DNA of 64,000 bases from Nitrospirales bacterium (lineage in GTDB: Bacteria; Nitrospirota; Nitrospiria; Nitrospirales; UBA8639), in assembly GCA_965203295.1 (NCBI GenBank), contig CBDBCZ010000019.1, positions 2,464,001 to 2,528,000 on the forward strand, in the 5' to 3' direction. Below, piece after piece: positions 49,610 to 62,590 of this stretch; positions within the stretch are counted from its first letter, which is position 1; each line of letters starts with the position of its first letter. The translations under genes were made by a program, and so were the position numbers. The notes below the pieces were generated by a model. That model searched no databases and had not been told where the DNA came from. It saw nothing but the letters and a program-made list of their open reading frames with translations.

Positions 49610-50522
49610 ATGATGGATAGAACGGGATTTTGCATTCAAAAAGATGGTCGAATCGAAATGGGGACCACGATGTCTCTTCACCATATTCTGCCTTTGATCA
49701 TTACTGTATGTATTCTATCAGGCTGTAGTACCTTATCCATTTCATACAACCATGCTGATTGGATAGCACTTTGGAAGATTGATCAATACTTTGACATTTC
49801 CTATGAACAAGGAGCATCCCTGAAACCTAGACTCGTGAATCTTCATGATTGGCATCGCCAAGAAGAGCTCCCACTGTATGTCGATTTTCTTCAGGAGATT
49901 CACGATCGGTGGCAAGATGGCTTCACCGTTGATGAAATTCAGTGGATTGTTCACAGATATCGAACCCTTCGTGATCGGCTCACGATACGAATAGTCTCTG
50001 AGGGCTCACCTTTCTTGGTGACACTCGATCGAACCCAAATGCAATACTTCCAAAGCGTGATTGATGATGAAAATAGGGACTTGTTAAAGGAGATTGGAGA
50101 GACTCCTGAGGAGCGGCTGGCTCGACGGACTAAAAGATTTATTCGATGGTTAAAAGGTATAGGTAGGAAACCTGCCCCCCAACCAAGAGGTCGCTATTGC
50201 GCAGTTGATCAAACACTCTCCGGATAACACGAACTCCTAGCTGCGCAATCGCTACAACCGTCAACGCCAATTTGTCGCTCTTCTTCAGACTGAACGGAAT
50301 TCAGAAATCATTGAACAGACCATACGCCCGTGGTTTATCGATCCCGATCCGGGTACAGCCACCAGGCAAGAAATTCAAGAATTTGAGAGGCGAATGACGG
50401 CCTTACAAACATTTGCTTTAGAGACGGACCGCATTCTCACTGTTGAACAACGTCAACATGGATTGGCAAAGTTGCAGGCTCTCATACACGAAATTGAATC
50501 GCTGATCTCAACTCGGTCGTAA
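49610..50522 (+). pseudogene. DUF6279-like lipoprotein, disrupted
   Basis: Lipobox LSGC, YNHADW, WHRQEELPLY. Frameshift at ~50152, then two TAG codons at probable Trp positions; the frame ends LTVEQRQH...TAA 50522. Confidence 0.75.
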
Positions 50523-50857
50523 TTCCATACACACATATGAGCGCAGGAGTTTCGCATTTTGATTGTTGTCTTCTACCTAGGGCTGTCAAATTTCTCTCTT
50601 ACAGAATCATTGACAGCATACATTTTCCAGACCTTCTTTCTGTTAGGTACCATCCTCTGTTAGCATTTCACGACATGTCAAATGCGGTAAGAGCAGCTTT
50701 CTTGAATATTCTTGTCTAAGGTTTTACGTCTTTATTATTGTCATAGCACTCGTATCATTGGATACTGGCAAAGTGCAGCAGGCAAAGCATGCAAAATTTC
50801 CATTGGCTTTTTCTGGAAAACAGCTATTCAATTCATTCTGTCTAAGGAAAATTTCCT

Positions 50858-51808
50858 ATGAAGGTAGGAGCAAAACCAAAGAGATTTGTTTTTGGATTAC
50901 TATTCTCGACTCTTGTGCTTGCGATCATGTTGACCGTAGGGCAGGTGCCCTTGGCTGTAAGCCAGCCGGTGACGATTCCGGTAGGGAAAATTAGCGGTGC
51001 CATTCCGATGGATGCTGCGAATCCTATCTGGGAAACCGTGCCAGGGGTGGTCGTGCCCTTAAGCGGCCAAACGATCACGACCCCCATGCACCCGAATATT
51101 TCGGTCAAAACCGTGATGGTCAAAATGGCCACCAATGGGAAGGAAATTGGGGTCTGGGCCAATTGGGGGGATCAAACCTTAAATAATACCACCATTGGGC
51201 CCCAGGACTTTCGGGATCAAGTCGCCGTGCAGTTCCCGGTGCAAACCTCGGGCGCCCCTCCGTTCCAATGTATGGGCCAATCCGGCGGCACCGTGAATAT
51301 CTGGCGGTGGAACGCGGAATGGCAGAAGGACATGGGAGTTGGCGTGGCCGGCATGTGGGATGTGGACAATCAATATCCCTCGATTGCATGGGACTTCTAT
51401 TATGAAGAGCCGGCTAGTGGTGTGACCTATCCGGATCGGATTGGGCGGAGCCTCGGGCCCTTCAATCCCGGGATTTGGTCAGGCAATATCATGTCGGACC
51501 CGAATTTGCGGAAGAGCTCGGTCGAGGATTTGAATGCGAATGGGTTCAGCACGCTCACAACGCAAGGCTCGCAAGATGTGATGGGGAATGGGTTGTGGGA
51601 GCCGTACGGAGCCCTCAAGGGTGGGTGCTGCAGTGGCCCGACCTGGCGGGTGGTGATGCGACGGGCGCTGACAACGAGTGATGCGAATGATGTGCAATTC
51701 CTGGCCGGGGCGACGATTCCGGTGGCTTTTGCGGTCTGGGATGGGCAGAACGTGGAACGGAATGGGATGAAGGGCATTTCGACCTGGTTCTCGGCCAAAA
51801 TGCCGTAA
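50858..51808 (+). CDS. nxrC: Nitrite oxidoreductase gamma subunit candidate (EbdC-like heme b protein)
   Basis: Nitrospira-type NxrC motifs recognised from memory: QDFRDQ, PPFQCMGQSGG, NIWRWNAEWQ, ANGFSTLT, FAVWDG...ERNGMK. Confidence 0.8.
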   Translation: MKVGAKPKRFVFGLLFSTLVLAIMLTVGQVPLAVSQPVTIPVGKISGAIPMDAANPIWETVPGVVVPLSGQTITTPMHPNISVKTVMVKMATNGKEIGVWANWGDQTLNNTTIGPQDFRDQVAVQFPVQTSGAPPFQCMGQSGGTVNIWRWNAEWQKDMGVGVAGMWDVDNQYPSIAWDFYYEEPASGVTYPDRIGRSLGPFNPGIWSGNIMSDPNLRKSSVEDLNANGFSTLTTQGSQDVMGNGLWEPYGALKGGCCSGPTWRVVMRRALTTSDANDVQFLAGATIPVAFAVWDGQNVERNGMKGISTWFSAKMP

Positions 51809-52258
51809 GCCCGACGTTCGGACGACCTTAGTCCTGAGACACTAGTAGGGGGAGGCCGGCCCCGTCACATGAGTGTTTCCTTACATAGGGAAATTGGAAG
51901 GAACGGCTACATGGGTATCCTGATCAAAGCTGTTCCTTTCGCTGTCTAGAAACGAAGGTTTTAGAGGTATGCCTATGTGTGGGTTGAGGGGAAATCATCG
52001 ATCCTAATGGAATTCTGAGAGGCCGTTTTTTCAGGTGATGCCCAAAAGTCAATACATTTTCATATCTAGGCGTTCGTTGCATGGAATGGGCATAATGAGG
52101 ATGCGGGGCGGAAGATGGCTGTGGGGATCGTCGGGATCAAAGGCTGGTTGTTGACGCGGCGAGCGAATCACCGGAAAGGCAAAACGACATAGCGGCGTGG
52201 GCACCACAGGCAGCATAGACGAGGGTAGGGGGAGTCCCTCCCTTTTTTTCTTTGAGGG

Positions 52259-52780
52259 TTAGGACGAATCTTCTTGTTGAGACGTAGCCTGGGGCAGATC
52301 CGGTTTCTTTTTATCGAGAGCAAACAAAACAAGTAGAGAGATCACACCCACGCTAATCGCACTATCGGCAACATTAAACGCCGGCCAGTGATATTCCTTT
52401 ATGGAAAAATCTAAGAAGTCGATGACCTCCCCATATTGAACTCGATCCAATAAATTCCCAATTGCGCCCCCGAAAATACTGGATACCGTCACTTGTTCCC
52501 ATACGTCTTGAGGATGAAGCCGATAAAAAATCGTTCCTAGCAGCCCGAGGGCAAACACGGAAGTGACGAAAAAAAATACGAGTCGAAAAGCGCTGCTGCT
52601 CGTCGAGAGGATCCCGAAGGCTGCCCCAGGGTTACGAATGTAGGTAAGACTAAAATACCCCTGGATAATGGTAATGGATTCATGCAGGCGCATGGTATGC
52701 AGGATGTAGGACTTGGTGGCCTGATCCAGAGCCACAATAGACAGGCTCACCACTGCCAGAAGAGAATACCGGCTGGACAC
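52259..52780 (-). CDS. lspA: Lipoprotein signal peptidase II
   Basis: LDQATK, NPGAAFG, GAIGNLLDR, VIDFLD, FNVADSAI. Confidence 0.96.
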   Translation of the reverse strand: MSSRYSLLAVVSLSIVALDQATKSYILHTMRLHESITIIQGYFSLTYIRNPGAAFGILSTSSSAFRLVFFFVTSVFALGLLGTIFYRLHPQDVWEQVTVSSIFGGAIGNLLDRVQYGEVIDFLDFSIKEYHWPAFNVADSAISVGVISLLVLFALDKKKPDLPQATSQQEDSS

Positions 52781-52785
52781 GCCGG

Positions 52786-55656
52786 TTACCCCACCGCCTC
52801 AAAACATCGATCACAAAGAGTGGGATGGTGGGTATTTGTACCAACTGAACGTCGATAATTCCAGCACCGCTCACATTTTTGATCTTTGGATTTTTCCACC
52901 TTCACAGCAATCCCCATTCCTAAGTCAACTCCATGCTGCGGATCAGTTGGAAGCTGATCGACACAGACAAGCTCGACATCAGAAACAATGAACAACGTCG
53001 CGAGAAAATCCTCGTACGGCTTGACACTGTCGTAGGAGGCAGGGTCCGATCTTTGCGTATACAGAAAAATTTTTGCGTCCAACGAAGAGCCTATGGTTTT
53101 CAATCTTCGCTCTTCCTCCAGTTTACCTTGGACCACATTCCGTATGCGCAGAAGCTGATCCCATCTGTGCTCAAGATCAGGATCAATCCAATCAGGGTGA
53201 CGTTCGGGGAAAAGGGAAAGATGGACACTATTGTTCTCTGAACTCTGGCGAATGCCCTTAGGCACATGCCTCCAAATTTCTTCTGCTGTAAAACTCAGAA
53301 TGGGAGCCATGAGTTTGGTCAGTACCACGAGGACTTCTAACAAGACGGTCTGCGACCCGCGTCGCAATCGCGAATCTTTGGGAAAGGTATACAGTCTGTC
53401 TTTTAAAATGTCTAAGTAAACAGAGCTCATATCGACTGAGCAAAAATTTGTGAGGTCTTGAAAAATGTTGTGAAACAAAAAAACTTCATAATCTTTGCGA
53501 ATATGCACGATCAATTTACCAACACGCATGAGGGCCCAACGATCCAGCTCTTGCAACTCGTGATACGGTACCCTGTGCGTACTTAGGTCAAAATCATACA
53601 AGTTGCTCAGAAGAAACCGACACGTATTCCGGATTTTTCGGTAGGCTTCGACAAGCTGACTTAAAATATCTTTGGAGATCCGGAGATCCTCTTGGTAATC
53701 CTGAGCTGAGACCCAAAGACGGAGGATCTCGGCACCTGACTGTTTGATGACTTCCTGGGGTGTCACAACATTACCAGCGGATTTCGACATTTTCTTTCCT
53801 TGCCCATCAACCACAAATCCATGCGTGAGAACAGCCCGATAGGGAGCTCGCTGATCTGTTGTGACGGAAGACAAGAGGGCACTGTGAAACCACCCCCGGT
53901 GCTGATCTGATCCTTCCAGGTACAGGCTGGCTGGCCACCACTCTTGACCGTGAGCTTTGACAACCGCCGCATGACTGACACCCGATTCAAACCACACGTC
54001 CAAAATATCCTGTTCCTTCTTCCACGAAGCACATCGACAATGAGGGCAGACCGTTCCTGAAGGCAACAGTTCGTCTGCTGATTTCTCAAACCACACATCT
54101 GCACCATGTTGTCCGACTAACTCGGCAATATGCGCAATGACCTTGGGGTCGGCTAGTGTGGCTTGGCATTCTGCACACGTAAACCCCGGGATAGGTGTTC
54201 CCCAAGTCCGCTGCCTGGACAAGCACCAATCCGGCCGATTCAAGATCATCCCATGAATGCGATCCCGGCCCCGAGCAGGGATCCATTCGACTTTGTCAAT
54301 TTCATTGAGCGCCCGCGAACGGAGTTCCCCTTTTTCCATTGAGACAAACCATTGTTGAGTCGCTCGAAAGATGACTGGGTTCTTGCACCTCCAGCAATGA
54401 GGATAGGTATGGTCCACTGTGCCATGCCCCACCAAGAGACCAAGTCCCTTCAGCTTTTCAATGATTCCGGGGTTCGCTTTTAAGACGTGCTGGCCAGCAA
54501 GATCCTGGATCCCTTCCTTAAATCGACCTGCATCATCCACAGGAACAAACACGTCGAGCGGTTTGGCAAGGACTGAGCGCTTAGGCTCGGCGTTATATTT
54601 TAATGCAAGCAGATAGTCGTCCATGCCATGCCCTGGGGCAATGTGGACACAGCCAGTCCCCTGCTCCAACGTGACGAAGTCGCCTAGTAAAATATGGGAA
54701 AGCCCATCCGAAAGTGGACGTTGACAAAGAAGACCTTCGAACCCTTCCTTGCCTTTTCTCACACCAAGGATCGTGGCTTCTTTCAATTCGCAAGCCTTTG
54801 CCATCCCTTCAACTAATTTCTCGGCTATAATGAAAATTTCCGATCCCTCCCGAACAAAGGCATAGTCAATTTCAGGATGGAGCGCGATGGCTTGGTTGGC
54901 AGACAACGTCCAAGGTGTGGTGGTCCAAATCACGACAGAGACCTTTTCAACGCCAGCCAATTCTTGGATACTAAATCCTTCGCTTGCCGCGAGCCTCTTC
55001 ACACCATTTTCGAACGGAAACCGGACATAAATAGATGGAGAGGTGTGACTCTCATATTCCACTTCGGCTTCAGCTAAGGCTGTTTGGTCAACCGTACACC
55101 AGAGCACGGGTTTGAGACCTTTATACACCCCACCCTGTTCAACAAACTTTCCAAATTCCTGAATAATATTTGCCTCGTACTGGTAGTCCATCGTCAGGTA
55201 TGGATGGTCCCAGTCACCCAATACCCCTAAGCGCTGAAATTCCTCTCGCTGAATCTTGTAAAACTTCTCAGCATATTCTCGGCAGCGATGTCGAAGCTCC
55301 AGGGCGCTCAAGGTCTTCTTCTTTTCACCCAATTCTTTTGTAACTTGATGTTCAATCGGAAGACCATGACAATCCCAACCAGGGATATAGGGCGATTGGT
55401 ATCCTTCCATCGTTTTGGATTTGACGATGATATCTTTCAAAATCTTGTTGAGGGCATGACCAATGTGAATATGGCCATTCGCATAGGGTGGTCCGTCATG
55501 AAGGATGTAGAGAGGCTGTCCATTTCTTGCTTCTTGAATCCGTTGGTACAGTCCCATCTCGTCCCACAACGCCAAAAATTCAGGTTCCCGCTGAGGCAAA
55601 TTAGCCTTCATGGGGAAGTCTGTTTTGGGTAAATTTAATGTATCTTTATAATCCAT
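52786..55656 (-). CDS. ileS: Isoleucine--tRNA ligase
   Basis: GPPYANGHIHIGH, KMSKS, C-terminal CERCW...CDRC. Confidence 0.98.
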   Translation of the reverse strand: MDYKDTLNLPKTDFPMKANLPQREPEFLALWDEMGLYQRIQEARNGQPLYILHDGPPYANGHIHIGHALNKILKDIIVKSKTMEGYQSPYIPGWDCHGLPIEHQVTKELGEKKKTLSALELRHRCREYAEKFYKIQREEFQRLGVLGDWDHPYLTMDYQYEANIIQEFGKFVEQGGVYKGLKPVLWCTVDQTALAEAEVEYESHTSPSIYVRFPFENGVKRLAASEGFSIQELAGVEKVSVVIWTTTPWTLSANQAIALHPEIDYAFVREGSEIFIIAEKLVEGMAKACELKEATILGVRKGKEGFEGLLCQRPLSDGLSHILLGDFVTLEQGTGCVHIAPGHGMDDYLLALKYNAEPKRSVLAKPLDVFVPVDDAGRFKEGIQDLAGQHVLKANPGIIEKLKGLGLLVGHGTVDHTYPHCWRCKNPVIFRATQQWFVSMEKGELRSRALNEIDKVEWIPARGRDRIHGMILNRPDWCLSRQRTWGTPIPGFTCAECQATLADPKVIAHIAELVGQHGADVWFEKSADELLPSGTVCPHCRCASWKKEQDILDVWFESGVSHAAVVKAHGQEWWPASLYLEGSDQHRGWFHSALLSSVTTDQRAPYRAVLTHGFVVDGQGKKMSKSAGNVVTPQEVIKQSGAEILRLWVSAQDYQEDLRISKDILSQLVEAYRKIRNTCRFLLSNLYDFDLSTHRVPYHELQELDRWALMRVGKLIVHIRKDYEVFLFHNIFQDLTNFCSVDMSSVYLDILKDRLYTFPKDSRLRRGSQTVLLEVLVVLTKLMAPILSFTAEEIWRHVPKGIRQSSENNSVHLSLFPERHPDWIDPDLEHRWDQLLRIRNVVQGKLEEERRLKTIGSSLDAKIFLYTQRSDPASYDSVKPYEDFLATLFIVSDVELVCVDQLPTDPQHGVDLGMGIAVKVEKSKDQKCERCWNYRRSVGTNTHHPTLCDRCFEAVG

Positions 55657-55795
55657 CGCGATCTTTTTGGATAACGAAATTCCTAACGGGTGGCATTCTA
55701 ACGAGCAGTCCTATACCCGTCAAACACGTCTTCCGCGCTTTGTTCAATTCTATTGGGAATCAATGAGACTGGCAGAGGAAATCGTGCGGAATGAA

Positions 55796-56898
55796 CTAAC
55801 TTAAGGCCATCATCCGATCCAAAGCTACCTTAGCAGGACCCTTGTCATAATCAGGGACAGAGATATGATTGACCACATGACCTTGTGCTAAATTCTCTAT
55901 AGCCCAACACAGATGGGCTCCATCTATTCGATACATGGTAGCACACCGACACACGGTCGGGAAAGGAAGTACACATGCTTATCAGTCTGCTCTTGCTTTA
56001 ATCGATTGACGAGATTTAATTCCGTTCCCACCACCCAGGATGTTCCCGGTTGCGCTTCGCTCACCGTCCGAATGATAAACTCTGTCGAGCCGATAAGATC
56101 TGAACGGTTGACCACATCTTCATGACATTCAGGATGAACAATCACTCGAATGCCGGGATAGGTCTTTCGGAAATAGTCCACATGCGAGGGTTGAAACATT
56201 TGATGGACGCTACAATGGCCCTTCCATAATATCAGTCGAGCCTGACGAATGGCCTCGCGGCTATTTCCCCCATAGGGGAGAAAGGGATCCCACATAATCA
56301 TTTGGTCCCTGGGTATTCCCATGGCATTGGCTTTATTTCGTCCCAAATGCTCATCTGGAAAGAAGAGGATTTTCTCACGACGCGACCAACACCATTCCAT
56401 GACTTGTTGCGCATTGGATGACGTGCAGGTAATTCCATCGTGTTCTCCACAAAAAGCTTTCAGGACTGCTGCAGAATTGACGTACACAGCCGGCATCACA
56501 GTTTCCTCGACTGATAACACGCGTCCCAACTCCTCCCAGCATTGATCCACCTGTTCGATCGCAGCCATATCGGCCATGGAGCACCCTGCCGCCATATCCG
56601 GCAATATCACCGTTTGGTTCGACCGACTGAGGATATCAGCCGTTTCGGCCATAAAATGTACCCCGCAAAAAACCACGTAAGGATATTGAGAGAGCTCCGA
56701 AGACCTTTTTGCAAGAAGCAAGGAGTCGCCACGAAAGTCAGCATGCACAATCACATCATCCCGCTGATAATTATGCCCCAATATCAAAGCCTGGGTTCCC
56801 AAGACTTCCTTTGCTGCAGCAGTCCGACGGAATAATTCCTCTGGGGCCAAATCTTGAAACTCAGAGATTGGCAACTCTATGGCTTCTATTGAATTCAC
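55796..56898 (-). pseudogene. nadA: Quinolinate synthase, frameshifted near the C-terminus
   Basis: HNYQ, FCGVHFMAE, AGCSMA, CTSSNA, GHCSVH, HPEC. A one-base loss at ~55960 moves PTVCRCATMYRI...ALDRMMALS* out of frame. Confidence 0.88.
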
Positions 56899-57347
56899 TC
56901 TCTCACCTTTCTGACAGGCTGTTTAAAAAAGTCGTGAGCGGATTGACTATTCTCTTCCTAAGGTCTGAATTGTAACAGATCATAGACCATGTGGAAAACA
57001 GAGAAAGAAAAATTAGTGGTTCCCCCTCTCAATTGTCATTAGTACAAAATAACAAAAAGGGGAGTAAGCCGCCCCGTATGCGTCATCGACTCGCGCGCCA
57101 ACTAGACTGGAGACAACGAGAGCGATCACATGTCTGTGACGTGCATTATGACACAGCCTCTGCCGTGGGAATGACGGGATGAGGGTGCATGGGCCACCAC
57201 TGTAAGTCCACGAACCTAAACTTCACCAGACACTGCCTGAAAGATCAAAACAAGTTTTGACACCAGATATTGGCTAACTGGTGAAAAAGAAGCCTTTAGG
57301 CACACTTTTTCCTGATGGTTTGCAATCACTTTACCCCAAATGCGCAG

Positions 57348-57377
57348 TTGACAAAGAAAAAAACGCAAGAGTAGGAT
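57348..57377 (+). promoter_or_regulatory. Putative sigma-70 promoter for the riboswitch-thiC transcript
   Basis: TTGACA-N18-TAGGAT just upstream of the TPP aptamer. Confidence 0.55.
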
Positions 57378-57384
57378 TTGAGAT

Positions 57385-57472
57385 AAATAGCTAGGGGCGC
57401 CCTAAGGCTGAGAGTCCAATTACGAGACGACCCTTATCACCTGACCTGGATAATACCAGCATAGGGAAGCAT
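57385..57472 (+). ncRNA. TPP riboswitch
   Basis: GGGG...GGCTGAGA...ACCCTT.ATCACCTGA.CTGGATAATACCAGCATAGGGAAG, upstream of thiC. Confidence 0.93.
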
Positions 57473-57479
57473 GAAGTGA

Positions 57480-59546
<2,067 letters not shown>

Positions 59547-59694
59547 AAATCTCTATACTCTCTTAACCCTTTCACAAATATGTCGATGTCTCCCAAAATA
59601 TATAGAGGCTGTGCGAAATGGACCGTTCGCTAGGGCGGAGACAGGGAACATCGCCTGCGGACGTTTTCAACAGCCTGAATAAGGAGTCCTTGTC

Positions 59695-60495
59695 ATGAAA
59701 ACCCTCAAACCCGCCCCTTTGCGTGAACGGGATGTCACCCGACATATCGCACGGGAATTCTATAAAGAATTTGATCAGCTCATTGAGAGCGATATCATCA
59801 TTGTGGGAGCGGGCCCTTCGGGCTTACTCTGCGCCCGAGACCTGGGCTCCATAGGGTTTCGCACATTACTTCTTGAACAGAATTTAGCGTTAGGTGGTGG
59901 ATTTTGGTCAGGCGGATACCTGATGAATAAGGCCACCCTCTGTGAACCTGCTAATGAGATCCTGGAAAGCCTCGGCGTTCCTTGTAAACCCGTTAAAGAT
60001 TGTGCCGGTATGACCATTGTTGATCCTCCTTATGCCACTGCTCGCCTCATCGCAGCAGCCTATGAGGCAGGCGCGAGGGTGCTAAACCTGACCAAGGTCT
60101 TGGATCTGATCTTACGCGATGATGGAATACTCGAAGGCGTGGTGGTGAATAATACCACCGCAGAGATGGCCGGGCATGATATTATTCATGTTGACCCCAT
60201 TGCATTGGAAAGTAAGGTCGTGGTAGATGCGACTGGTCATGATGCCGTCGTAGTGGAATTGCTCCACCGCCGCAATTTGTATAAAAAGGTACCTGGTAAT
60301 GGCGCAATGTGGGTAGCACGATCAGAAGCCATGGTGGTCGAAAATACCAGGGAAATCTACCCTAATTGTTTTGTCACGGGTCTTGCCGTTGCGGCTGTGG
60401 ATGGGTCGCCACGGATGGGTCCTGCATTCGGCTCGATGATTTTATCAGGTCGTCGAGCAGCTGAACTTGTACAGCAAAAATTAAAGGGCGGGTAA
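59695..60495 (+). CDS. thi4: Sulfide-dependent thiazole synthase (Thi4, His-type)
   Basis: VGAGPSGL, GGGFWSGG, HVDP, DATGHD, PRMGPAFGSMILSG. Confidence 0.92.
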   Translation: MKTLKPAPLRERDVTRHIAREFYKEFDQLIESDIIIVGAGPSGLLCARDLGSIGFRTLLLEQNLALGGGFWSGGYLMNKATLCEPANEILESLGVPCKPVKDCAGMTIVDPPYATARLIAAAYEAGARVLNLTKVLDLILRDDGILEGVVVNNTTAEMAGHDIIHVDPIALESKVVVDATGHDAVVVELLHRRNLYKKVPGNGAMWVARSEAMVVENTREIYPNCFVTGLAVAAVDGSPRMGPAFGSMILSGRRAAELVQQKLKGG

Positions 60496-60496
60496 C

Positions 60497-61012
60497 ATGG
60501 ATTTGCAAGATTTTGTCCAACAAGAAGGCGGCAGCGAAGAGGACAAGATTGCCGCATGGAATCTTTTCCAGCAAGCGTACGAATTTCAAATGCAGGGAAA
60601 ACTAGACGAGGCAGTCTCATACTACAAACAATCCCTTGAAAAATTTCCCACCGCTGAAGCCCATACGTTTCTCGGATGGACATACAGTTTTCGGGGTCAA
60701 TTAAGTGAAGCGATTGAAGAATGTCATCTTGCCATTAAAATTGATCCAGATTTTGGAAACCCCTACAATGACATTGGTGCCTATTTAATTGAAATGGACC
60801 AATTAGACGAAGCCATCTCCTGGTTTGAACGAGCGACAAACGCTAAGCGCTATGAAAGTCCAGCCTTTCCCCATATGAACCTTGGGCGAGTTTATGAACA
60901 AAAAGGAGATTGGGATGAGGCCATTATGTCGTACAAACAGGCTATCACGTTAAACCCCAAATATTTGGCCGCTAAACAGGCCATGATGCGGCTTATTGGT
61001 TTAATGAATTGA
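60497..61012 (+). CDS. Tetratricopeptide repeat protein
   Basis: TPR pattern: AEAHTFLGW, GNPYNDIG, HMNLGRVY. Confidence 0.88.
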   Translation: MDLQDFVQQEGGSEEDKIAAWNLFQQAYEFQMQGKLDEAVSYYKQSLEKFPTAEAHTFLGWTYSFRGQLSEAIEECHLAIKIDPDFGNPYNDIGAYLIEMDQLDEAISWFERATNAKRYESPAFPHMNLGRVYEQKGDWDEAIMSYKQAITLNPKYLAAKQAMMRLIGLMN

Positions 61013-61045
61013 CTTCTTGACCTTTGGGAGGATAGAGACAGTCCC

Positions 61046-61435
61046 ATGGAGAACTACAAGACAATTCTCGTCGGCGTAAGCGATGTATTTTTCTATACCA
61101 AAATTCGCGATGCATGCCGTCCGGATGGCTATACCCTGGAGCGAATTCGAAAGCCGGACCAACTATTCGAAAAAGCCTCAACTCTTCAACCCATGGCCAT
61201 CATACTCAACATGAACGATGACAAGCTCAACCCTATTCAAGCCTTGCAAACACTCAAAAACGACACCCAAACAACACACATTCCAGTCCTGGCCTTTGCG
61301 AACCATGAGGAAGTCGATACATGGCGTCAGGCTAAGGAACTCGGTATCAACAAGATCGTGTCACGAAACGAGTTTTCTGCCAGAACACTGGCCCTGTTGG
61401 AAGAAGTGACAAAGTCCGCTCCCACCTCTCCATGA
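61046..61435 (+). CDS. Receiver-like protein lacking the canonical phospho-Asp
   Basis: CheY-like pattern (HIPVLAF...AKELGINKIV) with AIILNMN at the Asp position. Confidence 0.65.
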   Translation: MENYKTILVGVSDVFFYTKIRDACRPDGYTLERIRKPDQLFEKASTLQPMAIILNMNDDKLNPIQALQTLKNDTQTTHIPVLAFANHEEVDTWRQAKELGINKIVSRNEFSARTLALLEEVTKSAPTSP

Positions 61436-62532
61436 AACAGTCCCCCCTTCATTCACACCACCAGGCTCTGGGCGCCGAGATGAGTGCGGTTGGAGATTGG
61501 GAAATTCCCCTTCACTATAGTAACCCAATAGCCGAACATCTGACCGTTCGAAACGGCGTTGGAATATCAGACCTCTCCAACCGGGGGAAAATTGAAGTCA
61601 CTGGGGAAGACCGGGTCAAATGGCTCCAGAGTATCATCAGCAACGATCTTCTCCCCCTTCAGTCTGGCCAAGGTCTGTACTCCAGCTTTATGACACATAA
61701 AGGGAAAATGCTGTCCTACTTCCGGGTGTACCTCCAGGAAAACGCCATAGTGATTGAGGACGCAGGAGAAATTGGAGATACGACCTTTCAAACATTCAGA
61801 AAATTTCTCCTGTATGGAACAAAAGCCAAAATTAACAATCTCCTCGAGAGTTGGGGGATTATTCTCCTCAGTGGGAGAGAGTCTCCCAAGATTCTGAGCA
61901 CTGCCTTAGGAGTCGATGTCACGTCACTTCCAATCCTTTCGACCATCCCTCATCAAATCGGCGACATTCAGGTCCTTCTTGCACGCACCGAAGAGACAGG
62001 CGAACTAGATTTTGAAATATTCGTTCCCAAGAGTGGATTACCCGCTATATGGGAGAAAATCTGGGATGTGGGAAATTCCATGGGCTTGAAGCCATTTGGA
62101 ACTGCTGCCAGGCAATCTTTACGAATTGAGGCAGGATTACCTCAAGCGGGCCCCGATCTGAACGAAGAGATCGTTCCCCCTGAGGCCAACCTGGAGGGAA
62201 AGGCCTTCAGCCTCAACAAGGGCTGCTATCCAGGCCAGGAAGTGGTGGCTCGAATGGATACGTATGGTTCAGTCAAGCGACGGTTAGTGGGGCTCACGGT
62301 TGATAGTCCCGAAGGTTCTCTTCCACAAAAAGGGGCAAGACTGTTTAGTGGAGATCGGGATGTTGGCTGGGTCAGCAGCGCTAGTTATTCACCGGTTCTG
62401 AAAAAGAACCTGGCGCTTGGCTTCCCGCTTCGTGACTTTACGAAACCTGAGACGGAACTGACTGTCGATATCCAAGGGCAACGACACCCTGCTGTTGTGC
62501 ATATCCTCCCCTTCGTTTCAACAACCCCATAA
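61432..62532 (+). CDS. ygfZ: Folate-binding GcvT/YgfZ-family protein
   Basis: DLSNRGKI, LRIEAG, KGCYPGQE (YgfZ signature). Confidence 0.85.
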   Translation: MKQSPLHSHHQALGAEMSAVGDWEIPLHYSNPIAEHLTVRNGVGISDLSNRGKIEVTGEDRVKWLQSIISNDLLPLQSGQGLYSSFMTHKGKMLSYFRVYLQENAIVIEDAGEIGDTTFQTFRKFLLYGTKAKINNLLESWGIILLSGRESPKILSTALGVDVTSLPILSTIPHQIGDIQVLLARTEETGELDFEIFVPKSGLPAIWEKIWDVGNSMGLKPFGTAARQSLRIEAGLPQAGPDLNEEIVPPEANLEGKAFSLNKGCYPGQEVVARMDTYGSVKRRLVGLTVDSPEGSLPQKGARLFSGDRDVGWVSSASYSPVLKKNLALGFPLRDFTKPETELTVDIQGQRHPAVVHILPFVSTTP

Positions 62533-62590
62533 ACCTCATCCGTATTTCCTTAAGAAAGAAAGATCCCAACCTTTTGAGATCTTGGCATAG

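Noticed and set aside
35339..50240. In-frame TAG/TAA codons as stop-codon recoding (pyrrolysine or alternative code)
   Set aside because: TAG and TAA end many intact genes here, the stops co-occur with frameshifts, and no recoding machinery is visible.
51845..52245. GTAGGGG-starting motifs (51845, 52225, also ~62937) as REP targets of the Y1 transposase
   Set aside because: The palindromes are short, differ from each other and are unrelated to the element ends.
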